In this document: in pieces, positions 9,960 through 20,298 of the stretch
How positions within the stretch are numbered: the first letter of the stretch is position 1
Layout: the number at the start of each line of letters is the position of its first letter
Virus record (IMG/VR): IMGVR_UViG_3300042975_000096
Length of the DNA stretch: 64,000 nt
Strand: one strand, 5' to 3'
From: a virus
Lineage: Duplodnaviria > Caudoviricetes
Notes under the pieces: model-generated
What the model was told of the DNA's origin: nothing
Database searches by the model: none
What the model saw: the letters and a program-made list of their open reading frames with translations, nothing else
Made by a program: the position numbers and the translations under genes

Positions 9960-10121
9960 TTATAACTCCCCCCTTTCTTTAACTCATACTTAACTCTTAT
10001 ACTATAATACCACAGTATTAAATAATTGTCAACACATTTTTTATTTTATATATTTCTAAATATTCTGAAAACAATACGATGGATAAAAAATACAGGTCTA
10101 TCGTATAGACCTGTATCGATA

Positions 10122-10700
10122 TTATTCTTCTTCCAACTTATTGAGTTCTTCAAGCATAGCTTCTTCTGTCAATTTTTTAATTTCATTGAATGTATAAACT
10201 TTAATCAAGGTGCAACCGTAATACTCGTGATTTTCATCTTTTGATACACTCGCATAACGACCTTGATTGCTTTCCTTAGTGTTGAACCCTGTATATACTT
10301 CAAGGGTATTATCGTCAAGATTGATAATGTATCCCCATTCACAAAATAACGAATCATAAATGAAATTGTTACTGTTAATGTAATACGGCAATTTGTTTAC
10401 AATGTATGCAACAAGATTTCCCTGTGCTTCTCTTAATGCAACGTACCATGATTCTGAATCACATTTAGACATTTCATGACGATAATTATAAGCAAGCTCT
10501 TTAAGCTCATTTTTTGTCGGCTTTTTATCTTCGTCAACAGCCGTCATCCTATCAAATGCGCTTTTCATATCTTCCACTTTATACTCTTTGATTGCTTCAA
10601 AAACCTCTTTGCCTAAATAAGTTGGGTAGGAATCACCATGATTATACATAAGTTTATCTTCGTTATTTTTTCTAAAACCCCATACGCCACGTGTACTCAT
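10122..10700 (-). CDS. Hypothetical phage protein, paralog of 21507..22085
   Basis: Shared WGFRK..DKL.YN and DS..C.W.YIINLD.N.LE.Y.GF. Confidence 0.85.
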   Translation of the reverse strand: MSTRGVWGFRKNNEDKLMYNHGDSYPTYLGKEVFEAIKEYKVEDMKSAFDRMTAVDEDKKPTKNELKELAYNYRHEMSKCDSESWYVALREAQGNLVAYIVNKLPYYINSNNFIYDSLFCEWGYIINLDDNTLEVYTGFNTKESNQGRYASVSKDENHEYYGCTLIKVYTFNEIKKLTEEAMLEELNKLEEE

Positions 10701-10902
10701 TTCAAAAGCCCCTTTTCTTTAACTCTTTTATTAACTCTATACATATAATAACACAACTTTAGTTCTTTGTCAATAGTTTTTTAAAAATATTTTATCTATA
10801 TTTTTCAGACTATTATGAAACTATTTATAGGCAAAATAAAAAGGGGTTTCCCCCTATTTATTAAAGCCCGAAAACCTTTCCCCAATCAAGTGTAGCCACA
10901 GC

Positions 10903-10998
10903 ATTTCAATTCACGCACCCGTATGGGTGCGACTAATGCCTGAAATTAGATTGACTCTATATCAGGTATTTCAATTCACGCACCCGTATGGGTGCGAC
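10903..10998 (-). CRISPR. Type I-C mini-array 1: two 31-nt repeats, one 34-nt spacer, then a ~40-nt tail and terminator
   Basis: Repeats 10903-10933 and 10968-10998; spacer 10934-10967. Confidence 0.92.
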
Positions 10999-11198
10999 AG
11001 CACACATGCCAAAGCCTTGCTACGCAAGGGTTGAAATGGCACTTTGTGCGAACCCCTTAATATTTTACGAATTTCGTTGACACGCCCACATGAAAATGCG
11101 TATGAACCCTGTAAAACAAAGGGGTGCGAAGCACCTAGCGTTTTTCTGTTCACTTATGCTTCGCACTTATTATAACATTATGTTTGTTATTTTGTCAA
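10999..11198 (-). promoter_or_regulatory. CRISPR leader plus sigmaA promoter (copy 1 of 4)
   Basis: GTGCGAAGCA..TGCTTCGCAC and GGGGTTCGCAC motifs; -10 11169-11174, -35 11193-11198. Confidence 0.85.
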
Positions 11199-11457
11199 GT
11201 GCTTTTTTTACATTCATTTTCAGACAATTATGAAATACTATAATAAGAATGTATTTTTTTCAAAGATAATTTTTTCTACCTTCAATAACACTTTTTTGTG
11301 TTCCCATGTATATTTAATATGCTCTTTATTTTTAATCATATATACCTCCATTCCTTCTTGTAATTACCCACATTGGTTTTTATATCAATGTGGGTAAAAC
11401 TTATATATATTATATTATAAATGCCCTCACAATTGATTTACCGGCTTTTGACAGATA

Positions 11458-11733
11458 TTAATCCCAATCAATATCTGTCAAATCTCCAAAATTAACACTC
11501 TGTATATACTTGTTTGCTTCTTCGTCAGAATTAGCTTCAACAGTAACATATCCATTTACCTCTAATGTAAGAACGCCATCCTCCAAACTGATAGGAGTTC
11601 CTTCAATATTATACATTTCTGAACCGCAATCAATTTCAGATATTACATCGCACATATCATTCATAACAGTTGCGATATTTTTATATTCTGTATTAAGCTC
11701 AATGAATCCCGTTACGGTTTTTGTAATTTCCAT
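11458..11733 (-). CDS. Acidic hypothetical protein
   Basis: RBS AAGGGGT. Confidence 0.75.
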   Translation of the reverse strand: MEITKTVTGFIELNTEYKNIATVMNDMCDVISEIDCGSEMYNIEGTPISLEDGVLTLEVNGYVTVEANSDEEANKYIQSVNFGDLTDIDWD

Positions 11734-11748
11734 TTTAGTTACCCCTTT

Positions 11749-11961
11749 TCATTTCTTTGTATAATCATGTGCACCTTCACAAGTACACCATTTCTCATGA
11801 CATTTAGTGCGTTTACCAGACCTCAACAATGTACTCGCAACCGTTACTTTATTGCCACAATCGCATTCACAATCATACTTCACCACCATATTTGTTGAAG
11901 CCTTTTCATTTTTACAAATAACTCGCAAATGTCCGTACCGTTTGTTAATCAGATTCAGCAT
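11749..11961 (-). CDS. Stand-alone CxCxCG Zn-binding domain protein
   Basis: KRYGHLRVI...YDCECDCGN...LRSG, resembling N-terminal modules of HNH/AP2 homing endonucleases. Confidence 0.65.
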   Translation of the reverse strand: MLNLINKRYGHLRVICKNEKASTNMVVKYDCECDCGNKVTVASTLLRSGKRTKCHEKWCTCEGAHDYTKK

Positions 11962-11989
11962 TTTTTTACCTTTATTATCGCTTGTGGAT

Positions 11990-12196
11990 TTACGTCCTAT
12001 CCTCACAACCACATGAATGACAACCATTATTTAACTGTCCTGTTGTTCTATACACCATATTACCACATTTGCACTTACAAAGCCATAGTGCGTGTTTACC
12101 TCTATTCCCTGCACGTTGAATAACTTTCAGACTGCCAAATTCACGTCCTTTTAAATGTGCAACATTATGGTCATACATTATAACTTTCGCACTCAT
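11990..12196 (-). CDS. Stand-alone CxCxCG Zn-binding domain protein
   Basis: GREFGSLKVI...WLCKCKCGN...SCGC. Confidence 0.7.
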   Translation of the reverse strand: MSAKVIMYDHNVAHLKGREFGSLKVIQRAGNRGKHALWLCKCKCGNMVYRTTGQLNNGCHSCGCEDRT

Positions 12197-12343
12197 TTCA
12201 AATCACCCTCTCTATTATTATAATACCATATATATCTTTATTTGTCAACTATTTTTTAATGTTTTGTTTTGGGATGATATTTAGAATAGTTTGAAAACTT
12301 ATAGCAGACAATAATAAAAGAGGGGATTTCTCCCCCCTTAATG

Positions 12344-12922
12344 TTAATCATCCAAATCCAAAATTTCCTGCAATTCGTCTGGTACGTCAATCGAACCGCT
12401 CAAATCAATTACCCTATCTGCAATATCGTCAATCGCTTCAACCAGCTCATGCTCAATATCATACGAACTTACAGAATGGAGATTCCCATAAGCATTGAAG
12501 TGGAAATATTCATCCGTAGTGGCATTGAATCCGTCACCATAATTAATCATATTTGCAATATCTGTTGGCGTTTTCCCTTCCATAATCGAATCAAATTCAC
12601 TCATATCAATATAATCATAATCATCCATAGAACCGTCGTAGCTATTGATTTCACAAACAATTCCCTGCAAAGAATCGTGATTATCGTTCAGCCATTCAAT
12701 TACCGCCTCACGAATATCTGGCGTTGCTACAATATCATTATTGTGCTCTTCATCGCTGAACTCATGATATTCAATAGCTTCATCCAACGTATAACCGTTA
12801 TCGTCGCAATCCTCATCCATAACCTCAAAGAATTTCTTAAACTGTTCTTTAAGCTCATCCTCATTCATACGTACTTCTTTAGCTTCACCATTCGTAGTAA
12901 CCTTTACATTGTAATTCATCAT
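12344..12922 (-). CDS. Very acidic protein, related to 63602..64000
   Basis: D/E-rich; M.EFD..M.G...F...DEYF.FN.YG.L.S motif. Confidence 0.85.
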   Translation of the reverse strand: MMNYNVKVTTNGEAKEVRMNEDELKEQFKKFFEVMDEDCDDNGYTLDEAIEYHEFSDEEHNNDIVATPDIREAVIEWLNDNHDSLQGIVCEINSYDGSMDDYDYIDMSEFDSIMEGKTPTDIANMINYGDGFNATTDEYFHFNAYGNLHSVSSYDIEHELVEAIDDIADRVIDLSGSIDVPDELQEILDLDD

Positions 12923-13128
12923 TTCAAAAACCCCTTTTCTTTGTTTAACTCTCTCTTAACTCTGTTTATATAATACCACACAATATTATAAATGTCAACA
13001 ACTTTTTAAACTTTTTTATTGGATTTTTTAATGCATATACCTTCCCATTGTTTTATAATATTCTGAAATATTTTACCTCTAAAAAAACAGGACTTGTATG
13101 TTGGCAACAAGTCCTGTTTCCTATCGTT

Positions 13129-13458
13129 TTACTGCACCGTTTCATTCAGCATTTTAATGAAATCAACACATGCATTAACGCTACCTTCGCCTTTATATGA
13201 ATCAATAAGAATTGATTCAATTGAACATCCTGCTGGTAAAAAGCTCTCATCTTTTTCAAGTAAAAAGCCATATCCTACCCATTCATTTTCAACCAAATTC
13301 AGTGTATTGATAAGTGAACTGTTTTCAACAGGATAAAGGTATACAACCAAAGAATCATTTTCCACTCTCACTTCAATAGAAGCAAGTTCTTTAGAGATGG
13401 ATTTGTTTATATTGATACGAATAAGTTTTGCTAACAGTTCAAATTGTACGTTCGTCAT
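13129..13458 (-). CDS. Hypothetical protein, paralog of 8163..8522
   Basis: Shared motifs. Confidence 0.8.
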   Translation of the reverse strand: MTNVQFELLAKLIRININKSISKELASIEVRVENDSLVVYLYPVENSSLINTLNLVENEWVGYGFLLEKDESFLPAGCSIESILIDSYKGEGSVNACVDFIKMLNETVQ

Positions 13459-13637
13459 TTTAGATTACCCCTTCCGCAACTCTCTCTTAACTCTGATATA
13501 ATAATACCACAGTTCTTGTTATTTGTCAAGATATTTTTTAATAAATTGGTTAGCTAATTATTGCTAAATATTCTGAAATATTTTAGGGATAAAAATTAAG
13601 AGGTCTATATATAGACCTCTTAATTACACTTGTTTAG

Positions 13638-14000
13638 TTATTCCCACTCTCGACCAATTTCAACAACAGTTTCTTTGCCATCGCCGTTCTTACTCTCGAT
13701 TCTATACTCAATACCGTTTGGTATTTCAACAACCTTCAAACGACTTGATTTCATACTTGCTTTTTCTCCTAGTTTTTCAACAACTGAAACCATTTTTTTG
13801 TCAGTACGATAATATTCTGTAATATACGGAATATGATTCTTGTCTGCCATTTCATAGAATCCTTGAAAATCGTCTGGTACTTCCTGTCGATTATGAAAAA
13901 ATTTAACATCCTCAATTCCCTTTAGTTTCAGAATTTCTTTCATAGCCAAAACACTAAGACAAAAACATCCACCCGGTTTTGAATTAATAACAAGTTTCAT
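13638..14000 (-). CDS. Hypothetical phage protein
   Basis: KLVIN..GG.F.LS...VVEKLG..AS...LKVVEIP pattern. Confidence 0.8.
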   Translation of the reverse strand: MKLVINSKPGGCFCLSVLAMKEILKLKGIEDVKFFHNRQEVPDDFQGFYEMADKNHIPYITEYYRTDKKMVSVVEKLGEKASMKSSRLKVVEIPNGIEYRIESKNGDGKETVVEIGREWE

Positions 14001-14015
14001 TTGTATAACCCTCTC

Positions 14016-14258
14016 TCATTTCTGTATCATAGGATAGATTTTTGCAAACCTATCTGCCATTTCTTGATTCCAAATATATAGCATTACATGTGGGGAAATA
14101 TGTTCTTCCCTAAAATCTGGGAAAAACAGCTCAAAATATTCTCTACAAATACCTGCTAACTGTCCTGTCTTGTTATATTCTTCTAATTCATAATAACCCT
14201 TCATAATATCTTCAATCGGAAGTTTTCCTAAAATTTCTTTCATGTTCTCATTTTTCAT
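14016..14258 (-). CDS. Hypothetical protein
   Basis: Promoter and RBS. Confidence 0.75.
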   Translation of the reverse strand: MKNENMKEILGKLPIEDIMKGYYELEEYNKTGQLAGICREYFELFFPDFREEHISPHVMLYIWNQEMADRFAKIYPMIQK

Positions 14259-14318
14259 GCTATTTCCCTCTTTCAGTTATTATAATATCATGAATTAATG
14301 TTTTTGTCAATATGTTTT

Positions 14319-14732
14319 TTAATAATTTAATTCTTCTTTTGCAAACCCTTCATCCGTGGAATAATAAATGGTTTTTATTCCTACTTGCTTAATCATTGTC
14401 AAACAAGCCTTACAAGGTCTTGCAAGTGAAGGTTTACCGTGCTTGTACCGATATACATATATTTCTGCTTTTGTTAAATCATAGTCCATAGCTTTAATAA
14501 TACATGCCATTTCTGCATGAGTTGAATTTCGACACCTGTCTACGAATCTATTTTCGCCCCATCGAACCAAATTATATTTTGCTTGTAATGGGTGTGATTT
14601 TTTCAAATTCGGACTAACAGCAACAATATCTTTATTCAGTACAAGGATTGCCCCTATTTTTACTCTATCAAATTCAGACGTAAGACTTACTTCTTTTGCT
14701 ATGTTAAAATATCGCGCTTCTCTATTATTCAT
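14319..14732 (-). CDS. Cytidine/deoxycytidylate deaminase-family protein
   Basis: HAE and PCxxC Zn motifs. Confidence 0.9.
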   Translation of the reverse strand: MNNREARYFNIAKEVSLTSEFDRVKIGAILVLNKDIVAVSPNLKKSHPLQAKYNLVRWGENRFVDRCRNSTHAEMACIIKAMDYDLTKAEIYVYRYKHGKPSLARPCKACLTMIKQVGIKTIYYSTDEGFAKEELNY

Positions 14733-15083
14733 TGTTTTCCCTCTTTACTATCTATACTATAATTATATAGAATAAATAATAATTTGTCAACCATATTTTA
14801 ACACAATTATATTTCAGAATATTTTGAAATATGAACATATACAATAAAAAAGCAAGGGATTTTCCTTGCTTTTTGTATGACAAAAAATCATTTTTCTTTA
14901 TTGTAAATCGAACGAATAATTGTTTTCATGATTCCATTATCATGGTCATGGTTACAACTATATTGCATATATGGTTTACCCTCTTTATATACAATGTATC
15001 TACAACTAGAGCCATTTGTTTCATGAATAACTAAATATCCATTATGCACACATTTACCATATCTTATCATTATTTTTTCTCCA

Positions 15084-15284
15084 TTATCGATACAACTCAT
15101 TCAGTTCGTCAATTTTCAAAAGGCTTACACGCAAAAGGTGATTGTAATTCTTTGCTTTTGCATTTTCATAATATTCATCAATTTCTTCTTCGGATTTTCC
15201 TTCTTTTTTCATGGCATTTGCAACGTAGCCCATAACACAAAATGCATTACCGTCAACCCCTACCAAACTGTACTTTTCGTCCAT
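15084..15284 (-). CDS. Hypothetical protein, paralog of 15845..16066
   Basis: KYSLVGVDGNAF.VMGYV.NAM..EGK.EEE. Confidence 0.8.
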   Translation of the reverse strand: MDEKYSLVGVDGNAFCVMGYVANAMKKEGKSEEEIDEYYENAKAKNYNHLLRVSLLKIDELNELYR

Positions 15285-15500
15285 TGTTATTGCCCCTTTT
15301 CTTTAATAAACTATTTTTTCTCTATGGTTATATAATACCACTTTATTAGCTTTATGTCAATAGTTTTTGAAAAAAATTTCTGTTTTTTTAAGATTAAATA
15401 TTATAGAAATCAATAAACCGAAACAATTTCAGAATATTATAAAATAATATGATTTGATAAAAAACATGAAAGGTATATATACCTTTCATGTTTTTATTAT

Positions 15501-15812
15501 TCAGAAACCATCTTTTAAAACTTCGTTCATAGCTTGTGTAGGAGTTCCACTATATAAATTGTTATTCGCAATACTTTCTAAATTAATTTCTACATCACGA
15601 TTTACTTTTTTCCCATCAATTTCAATCCAACTATTTCCACAACCAATGTTGCCAAAACTTTTTATCATTTCAGTTCTATGCTCCATAAGCTTTTTTGTAG
15701 CAAGCAAAAGATTTCTTCCGCTAGTCTTATTCCAGCAATATTTTTCTTTAATCTCTCCACCGCCTTGGCTTGCATAGATACCACTATCAAGTCTGGTCAT
15801 AATTTTAATCAT
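15501..15812 (-). CDS. Hypothetical protein
   Basis: RBS GAGGGG. Confidence 0.75.
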   Translation of the reverse strand: MIKIMTRLDSGIYASQGGGEIKEKYCWNKTSGRNLLLATKKLMEHRTEMIKSFGNIGCGNSWIEIDGKKVNRDVEINLESIANNNLYSGTPTQAMNEVLKDGF

Positions 15813-15844
15813 TTCTTTTCCCCCTCATTACTCTCACATATTAT

Positions 15845-16066
15845 TTATTTTGTCAATAAGTTTTTATCTTTAATTTCCTCATTTAATGTGTTAATTTCAC
15901 TAAAACAAGAAGCTATAAAATTATCACGGCTTGTTGCCATTGCACATTCATAAAAATAATGTACTTCTTCTTCTGTTTTTCCTTCCGCTCTCATAGCATT
16001 TTGAACATAACATACCATTTTTGCAACATCGCCATACACACTATCTAAATTATATTTCCCTTTCAT
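15845..16066 (-). CDS. Hypothetical protein, paralog of 15084..15284
   Basis: Shared motif. Confidence 0.75.
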   Translation of the reverse strand: MKGKYNLDSVYGDVAKMVCYVQNAMRAEGKTEEEVHYFYECAMATSRDNFIASCFSEINTLNEEIKDKNLLTK

Positions 16067-16214
16067 AATATACTCCTTTTTGCTCTTTTTCTCTATGGTT
16101 ATATAATATCATAAATAATTTATTTTGTCAACATGTTTTTTAAATTTATATTTTAGAATATTCTGAAACATTATATAAAAAAGAAGTGATAAAACATACC
16201 ACTTCTCTCAACAA

Positions 16215-16574
16215 TCAATCTCCATCCCAAACCCCATCTGGGCGCATTTTAGCCATAGCTAGTAGTTGAATCAATGGTCTTTTGGCATTTCCTTCAGTTG
16301 CGTGCCAATAATCGTCATCGTCAACATCGTCTTTCAATTTTGCAATGGCTGATTCTAAAATAGGAATGGAATCTGCACCGGTTTTCCCATAAATAGAACG
16401 AATACCATCCTCGCCCATAACGTCATAATAATACTTGCTATAATTCCATGTAATATTCAACGTTAATTCTTTTGTGCCACCTATAGCATAAGTGCCACCT
16501 CTCATAAAATGATTTTCTTCTAGTTCCAATGTTTTTTTTGAAACTGGGTCAATTAAATCAATGCTATAACTCAT
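16215..16574 (-). CDS. Hypothetical phage protein
   Basis: NITWNY...YWHATEGNAK..RPDGVW; RBS GAGGTG. Confidence 0.85.
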   Translation of the reverse strand: MSYSIDLIDPVSKKTLELEENHFMRGGTYAIGGTKELTLNITWNYSKYYYDVMGEDGIRSIYGKTGADSIPILESAIAKLKDDVDDDDYWHATEGNAKRPLIQLLAMAKMRPDGVWDGD

Positions 16575-16735
16575 ATTAAATCACCTCATATATTATTTTG
16601 ATGTATATTTTTTTGGTTTTCCATTTTCGTCTAATACATTGCCGCCAATAATATAACCTGCGCCATTTCCTGTAGCTATGGAAGTTATATAATATTCATA
16701 TTTTGTGTCTTTATCAGCAACAATATAATGGTTCT

Positions 16736-18235
16736 CTGCTTTCCAAAACATAGACAAACATGGACATGTAAAATTTATCCATATTTATATTAATGTCTAA
16801 ATTTTTTAATTACTTTCGTCACCATTTGTATTCTGATATCAATTATTTAATACCACATTGACAAACTCTTAAAGTTTAAGGCGTAAGCCACGCCCTTTAC
16901 TAATAAATGAATTAATTAATTAATTCATTTATTAGTTAGCTAAAGCTAATAGATTCATTACTGCGTTATAATCTCTATCTGCGGTGAACCCACACTTATA
17001 ACATATATATTCATTATGTTTTGTTTTATGTCTTTTATTGCCTGACAAAGTGATTTTATCTTCACCTGTTTTTACATGTCCACAACAAGAACATCTTTGA
17101 GTTGATGGGTAAAATCTATCAGCTATAATTAACTTTTTTCCATACCAATTACATTTATATGTAAGCAGTTGTCTAAATAAACCAAAACACGACCTTTGCA
17201 AGCCTTTTGATGCTACATGTGTCATTTGCATATGTTTCACATCTAAATCTTCTATTACTATTGTATCATATTTATCTGTTAGCATAGTTGTGAATTTATG
17301 TAAAATATCATGGGTTAAGTTGCTTGCTTTTTCATAATCACGTTGAAGTTTGGTTCTCACTTTTAAGTAATTATTACTCTTGCAAGCGTTTTTCCCTTTT
17401 ATTATATGCTTTTTCGCTAACATTTTTTGATAATGTTTGATACGATTATAATAAAAGTTTAATTTCTTGGGTAAAACATTCAAATTACCATCAGTGTAAT
17501 TAAAATGACCTACATTTACATCTATTGCTGTTTTTTTATTTGTTAAAACTTTTGTTTCAACACTGGTTTTATAAGGTAATGAAGCATAATATTTATTATT
17601 GACTTTAGTCACACTAACTACTGTTAAATCGGCATCAAAATTTTTTGGTAAACCTTTGATTTTAATATTTTGCCATTTTTCTTGAATTTCTCTAGGCTTA
17701 TCTAATTTTAATTTACCATTTTTAATTGTAATTCTATCTGATTTGAAACCTTGTTTTGTATCTTTTTTGGTTTTGAATTTAGGTTTTCCCCAATCAAGCT
17801 GAGATTTGCTTAAAAAATGATTCCAAGCATTTCCCAAATCTAAAATTGCTTGTTGTAAAATTCTTGAAGAATATTTATATTGCCAATCTTGTTTATTTTC
17901 AACAAGTTCATTTCTTACAACACGTTCGTTAGGTGCTTTGTAAGATTTATCGATACAATGTAAATCATACATTTGATTCCATGTTTCTAAACCTTGATTC
18001 CAACAATATCTGCGATAGTCGCAAAGATTATCTAAAACCTGTTTCATATGTTTGCTTGGATAAAGTTTTACTTTGATGGTCTTTATTGTTTTCAATTATT
18101 TATTTTCCCCCCTTTTTTAAGTATATTTGAGTACACTTGCTTCTATAAATTAAATTAAATTATTTGTGGATAAATGTGTTTATGAGTATATTTTTATATG
18201 TTTGAACACATTTGTCTATATTTTTAGTTACTTAA
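16736..18235 (-). mobile_element. Non-autonomous tnpB-only IS607-like element
   Basis: AG dinucleotide at both junctions, subterminal ATAGACAAA/TTTGTCTAT motifs, no transposase. Confidence 0.75.
16932..18095 (-). CDS. tnpB: TnpB RNA-guided endonuclease
   Basis: RuvC AIDVN, IEDL, DRDYNA and CSCCG/CYKCG Zn finger. Confidence 0.93.
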   Translation of the reverse strand: MKTIKTIKVKLYPSKHMKQVLDNLCDYRRYCWNQGLETWNQMYDLHCIDKSYKAPNERVVRNELVENKQDWQYKYSSRILQQAILDLGNAWNHFLSKSQLDWGKPKFKTKKDTKQGFKSDRITIKNGKLKLDKPREIQEKWQNIKIKGLPKNFDADLTVVSVTKVNNKYYASLPYKTSVETKVLTNKKTAIDVNVGHFNYTDGNLNVLPKKLNFYYNRIKHYQKMLAKKHIIKGKNACKSNNYLKVRTKLQRDYEKASNLTHDILHKFTTMLTDKYDTIVIEDLDVKHMQMTHVASKGLQRSCFGLFRQLLTYKCNWYGKKLIIADRFYPSTQRCSCCGHVKTGEDKITLSGNKRHKTKHNEYICYKCGFTADRDYNAVMNLLALAN

Positions 18236-18446
18236 CTTGTCCTCCATCGCATCCTGCTAATAAAAAAACAAATATAACTAATACAATCGAAATGTATTTT
18301 TTCATAATAACCCCTCACTCCATTTATTAATTATATTATAGCATTTTATTGTCTTACTGTCAAGCATTTTTTACAGATTCATTTTCAGACAATTATGAAA
18401 TGCTATAGGATAAAAAATTTGGAAGGGGATTTCTCCCCCACCACTA

Positions 18447-19304
18447 TTAACGATTTTTCAATTTTTCAATTGCTTCCAGATTCGGTTTCCATTCCGAAAT
18501 GGATTTTTGACAGCTTTCAATCTGGTGTTCAACATATTTAATATCGTATGTTAATTTTTCAATCTCCCTATTATATTGGAACTGGGTGCTTTTATAAACG
18601 ACAGTTTTACCGTAAATGTTTTTAGAATCAATCTCGCCTATTTTCAGTGCTAAGTTTTTGCGTTCAGTTAATGCCAACAAATGAATGTTCAATGCATTCA
18701 GAAGATATTTCAAACCTTCGTCTGATACCTCTAGCGGTTTCTGCCCCACTCCAATACAATTGCCAACAATCCAACCATAACCGGGACGATGAAACCCGTG
18801 ATTAACCATTGTACCGTCCTTGCCTACTGCAATCTCACGACCACAGCACGGGCAAGTCATTGTAATTTTATCTGGATTGATAACAGTCTTATTCGGTTTA
18901 TCGGACGGTTTACGACCTTTTACAATATAGCCTTTAAGTTCTTTCATAATGTCAACTAAGGGCATGAGATTATGCGCATACTCGATAAATTCAGTTGGAA
19001 TATTTTCATTAGTCTTTTTCAATTTATTATTGAACGACCTAACAGAAGCAACCGATTCAACCCTAGAATAATAAAGAAAATCCCAACAATCTGTGCTAAT
19101 ACATGCACGTTTACCTGCTTCGCAAAAAACATCCAACAGTTTTCCATATCCATATTCAATCACACGGCTCAAATCTTGATTCAGATTTTTAAAATCAACG
19201 TTGTAAATCAACTTGTTTTCCAAAGACTGGTTAATAACCCTCATGCAATTTTCCCATTTAACTTCGCGTTTTTCGTCTAAGTTTTTAAGTTTAATATCAA
19301 TCAT
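18447..19304 (-). CDS. Hypothetical protein with CxCCG...HG...C motif
   Basis: Standard unit; start refined. Confidence 0.85.
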   Translation of the reverse strand: MIDIKLKNLDEKREVKWENCMRVINQSLENKLIYNVDFKNLNQDLSRVIEYGYGKLLDVFCEAGKRACISTDCWDFLYYSRVESVASVRSFNNKLKKTNENIPTEFIEYAHNLMPLVDIMKELKGYIVKGRKPSDKPNKTVINPDKITMTCPCCGREIAVGKDGTMVNHGFHRPGYGWIVGNCIGVGQKPLEVSDEGLKYLLNALNIHLLALTERKNLALKIGEIDSKNIYGKTVVYKSTQFQYNREIEKLTYDIKYVEHQIESCQKSISEWKPNLEAIEKLKNR

Positions 19305-19500
19305 TTTGAAAACCCCTTTTCTTTTTCTCTCTATGGTTATATAATACCACACTATTGCATAAATGTCAACATGTTTTTAAAATTTTTTAACCAACTATAT
19401 TTCAGAATATTTTGAAACACATAAACGAAAAAAAATAAAGGGAATATAAGCACTCCCTTTATTTGCAATAACGCATCATGTGGTACTTCGTACTATCAAT

Positions 19501-19532
19501 ATTTCAATTCACGCACCTCTGTGAGGTGCGAC
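19501..19532 (-). CRISPR. Mini-array 2: leader, single 32-nt repeat variant, ~38-nt spacer-like tail, terminator
   Basis: GTCGCACCTCACAGAGGTGCGTGAATTGAAAT with compensatory stem changes; terminator ~19429-19462. Confidence 0.88.
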
Positions 19533-19732
19533 AGCACACATGCCAAAGCCTTGCTATGCAAGGGCTGAAATGGCACTTTGTGCAAACCCCTTAATATTTT
19601 TCAAAATTCATTGACACATTATCGCCCAAATATGTATTAACCCTGTAAAACAAAGGGGTGCGAAGCACCTAGTGTTTTTCTGTTCACTTATGCTTCGCAC
19701 TTATTATAACATTTTACTTATTCATTTGTCAA
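19533..19732 (-). promoter_or_regulatory. CRISPR leader plus promoter (copy 2)
   Basis: Homologous to 10999-11198; -10 19703-19708, -35 19727-19732. Confidence 0.85.
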
Positions 19733-19883
19733 GTATTTTTTATTCAAACGAATTTTCGTTTGAAATTTTACTTATTTCTGCGCTTGCAATATGAAAATCA
19801 TCACAAGAAATATTCAAAGACAATGATTGATTGGAATCATACATATATGTAGAAGAAATCATATCCATTGTTGTCCTCCAATC

Positions 19884-20075
19884 TTAGAAATAAAATTGTT
19901 CTGTTGTATAAAGCATATCCGAATGATTTTCAAAACGGTCTTCGATAATCTTTGTCTTTTCTCTATATCCCTGTTCTGCCAACTCTCTTTTCTTTGCGTA
20001 ATACAACCGCTTCAATTTGTTTTTCTTGTAGTTATCCAGTTCCTCCTTTGTCTTGAATCCTTTTAAAACTTCCAT
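19884..20075 (-). CDS. Basic hypothetical protein
   Basis: RBS AAGGAG. Confidence 0.65.
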   Translation of the reverse strand: MEVLKGFKTKEELDNYKKNKLKRLYYAKKRELAEQGYREKTKIIEDRFENHSDMLYTTEQFYF

Positions 20076-20298
20076 TATATATCATTCTCCTTTTAAATAA
20101 CGCCCATTTTTACCGCTACATATAATACATAAAACCAACCAAATATACCATGAATAAAAGCCATGATTAGCGAATTATGAAAATAAAAAGATAATCCCAT
20201 AGCCATCATGTTTCCTAATGCAATATTTCTTCCCATAATAATTACCTCCCCTTCAACTCTTAACTCTATAATTATAATACCATATTTTTATTTATTTG

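Larger units (their letters stand above)
16593..18305 (-). pseudogene. 70-aa lipoprotein gene split by the tnpB element (parts 18236-18305 and 16593-16735)
   Basis: Rejoining at the shared AG restores MKKYISIVLVIFVFLLAGCDGGQENHYIVADKDTKYEYY...LDENGKPKKYTSK (lipobox LAGC). Confidence 0.8.

Noticed and set aside
10971-11153. Repeated 60-aa ORF MNRKTLGASHPF (also 49564..49746)
   Set aside because: It is a translation of the CRISPR leader and repeat, has no RBS, and is not listed for the other two leader copies
12341-12973. Long plus-strand ORFs (also 8866..9360, 7607..7984, 47139..47516 and others)
   Set aside because: Antisense shadows of minus-strand genes that have promoters and RBSs; unnatural I/F-rich composition
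16736-18235. IStron (self-splicing IS) that would rescue the lipoprotein gene
   Set aside because: Only ~140 nt precede tnpB, too short for a group I intron core, and no such structure is evident
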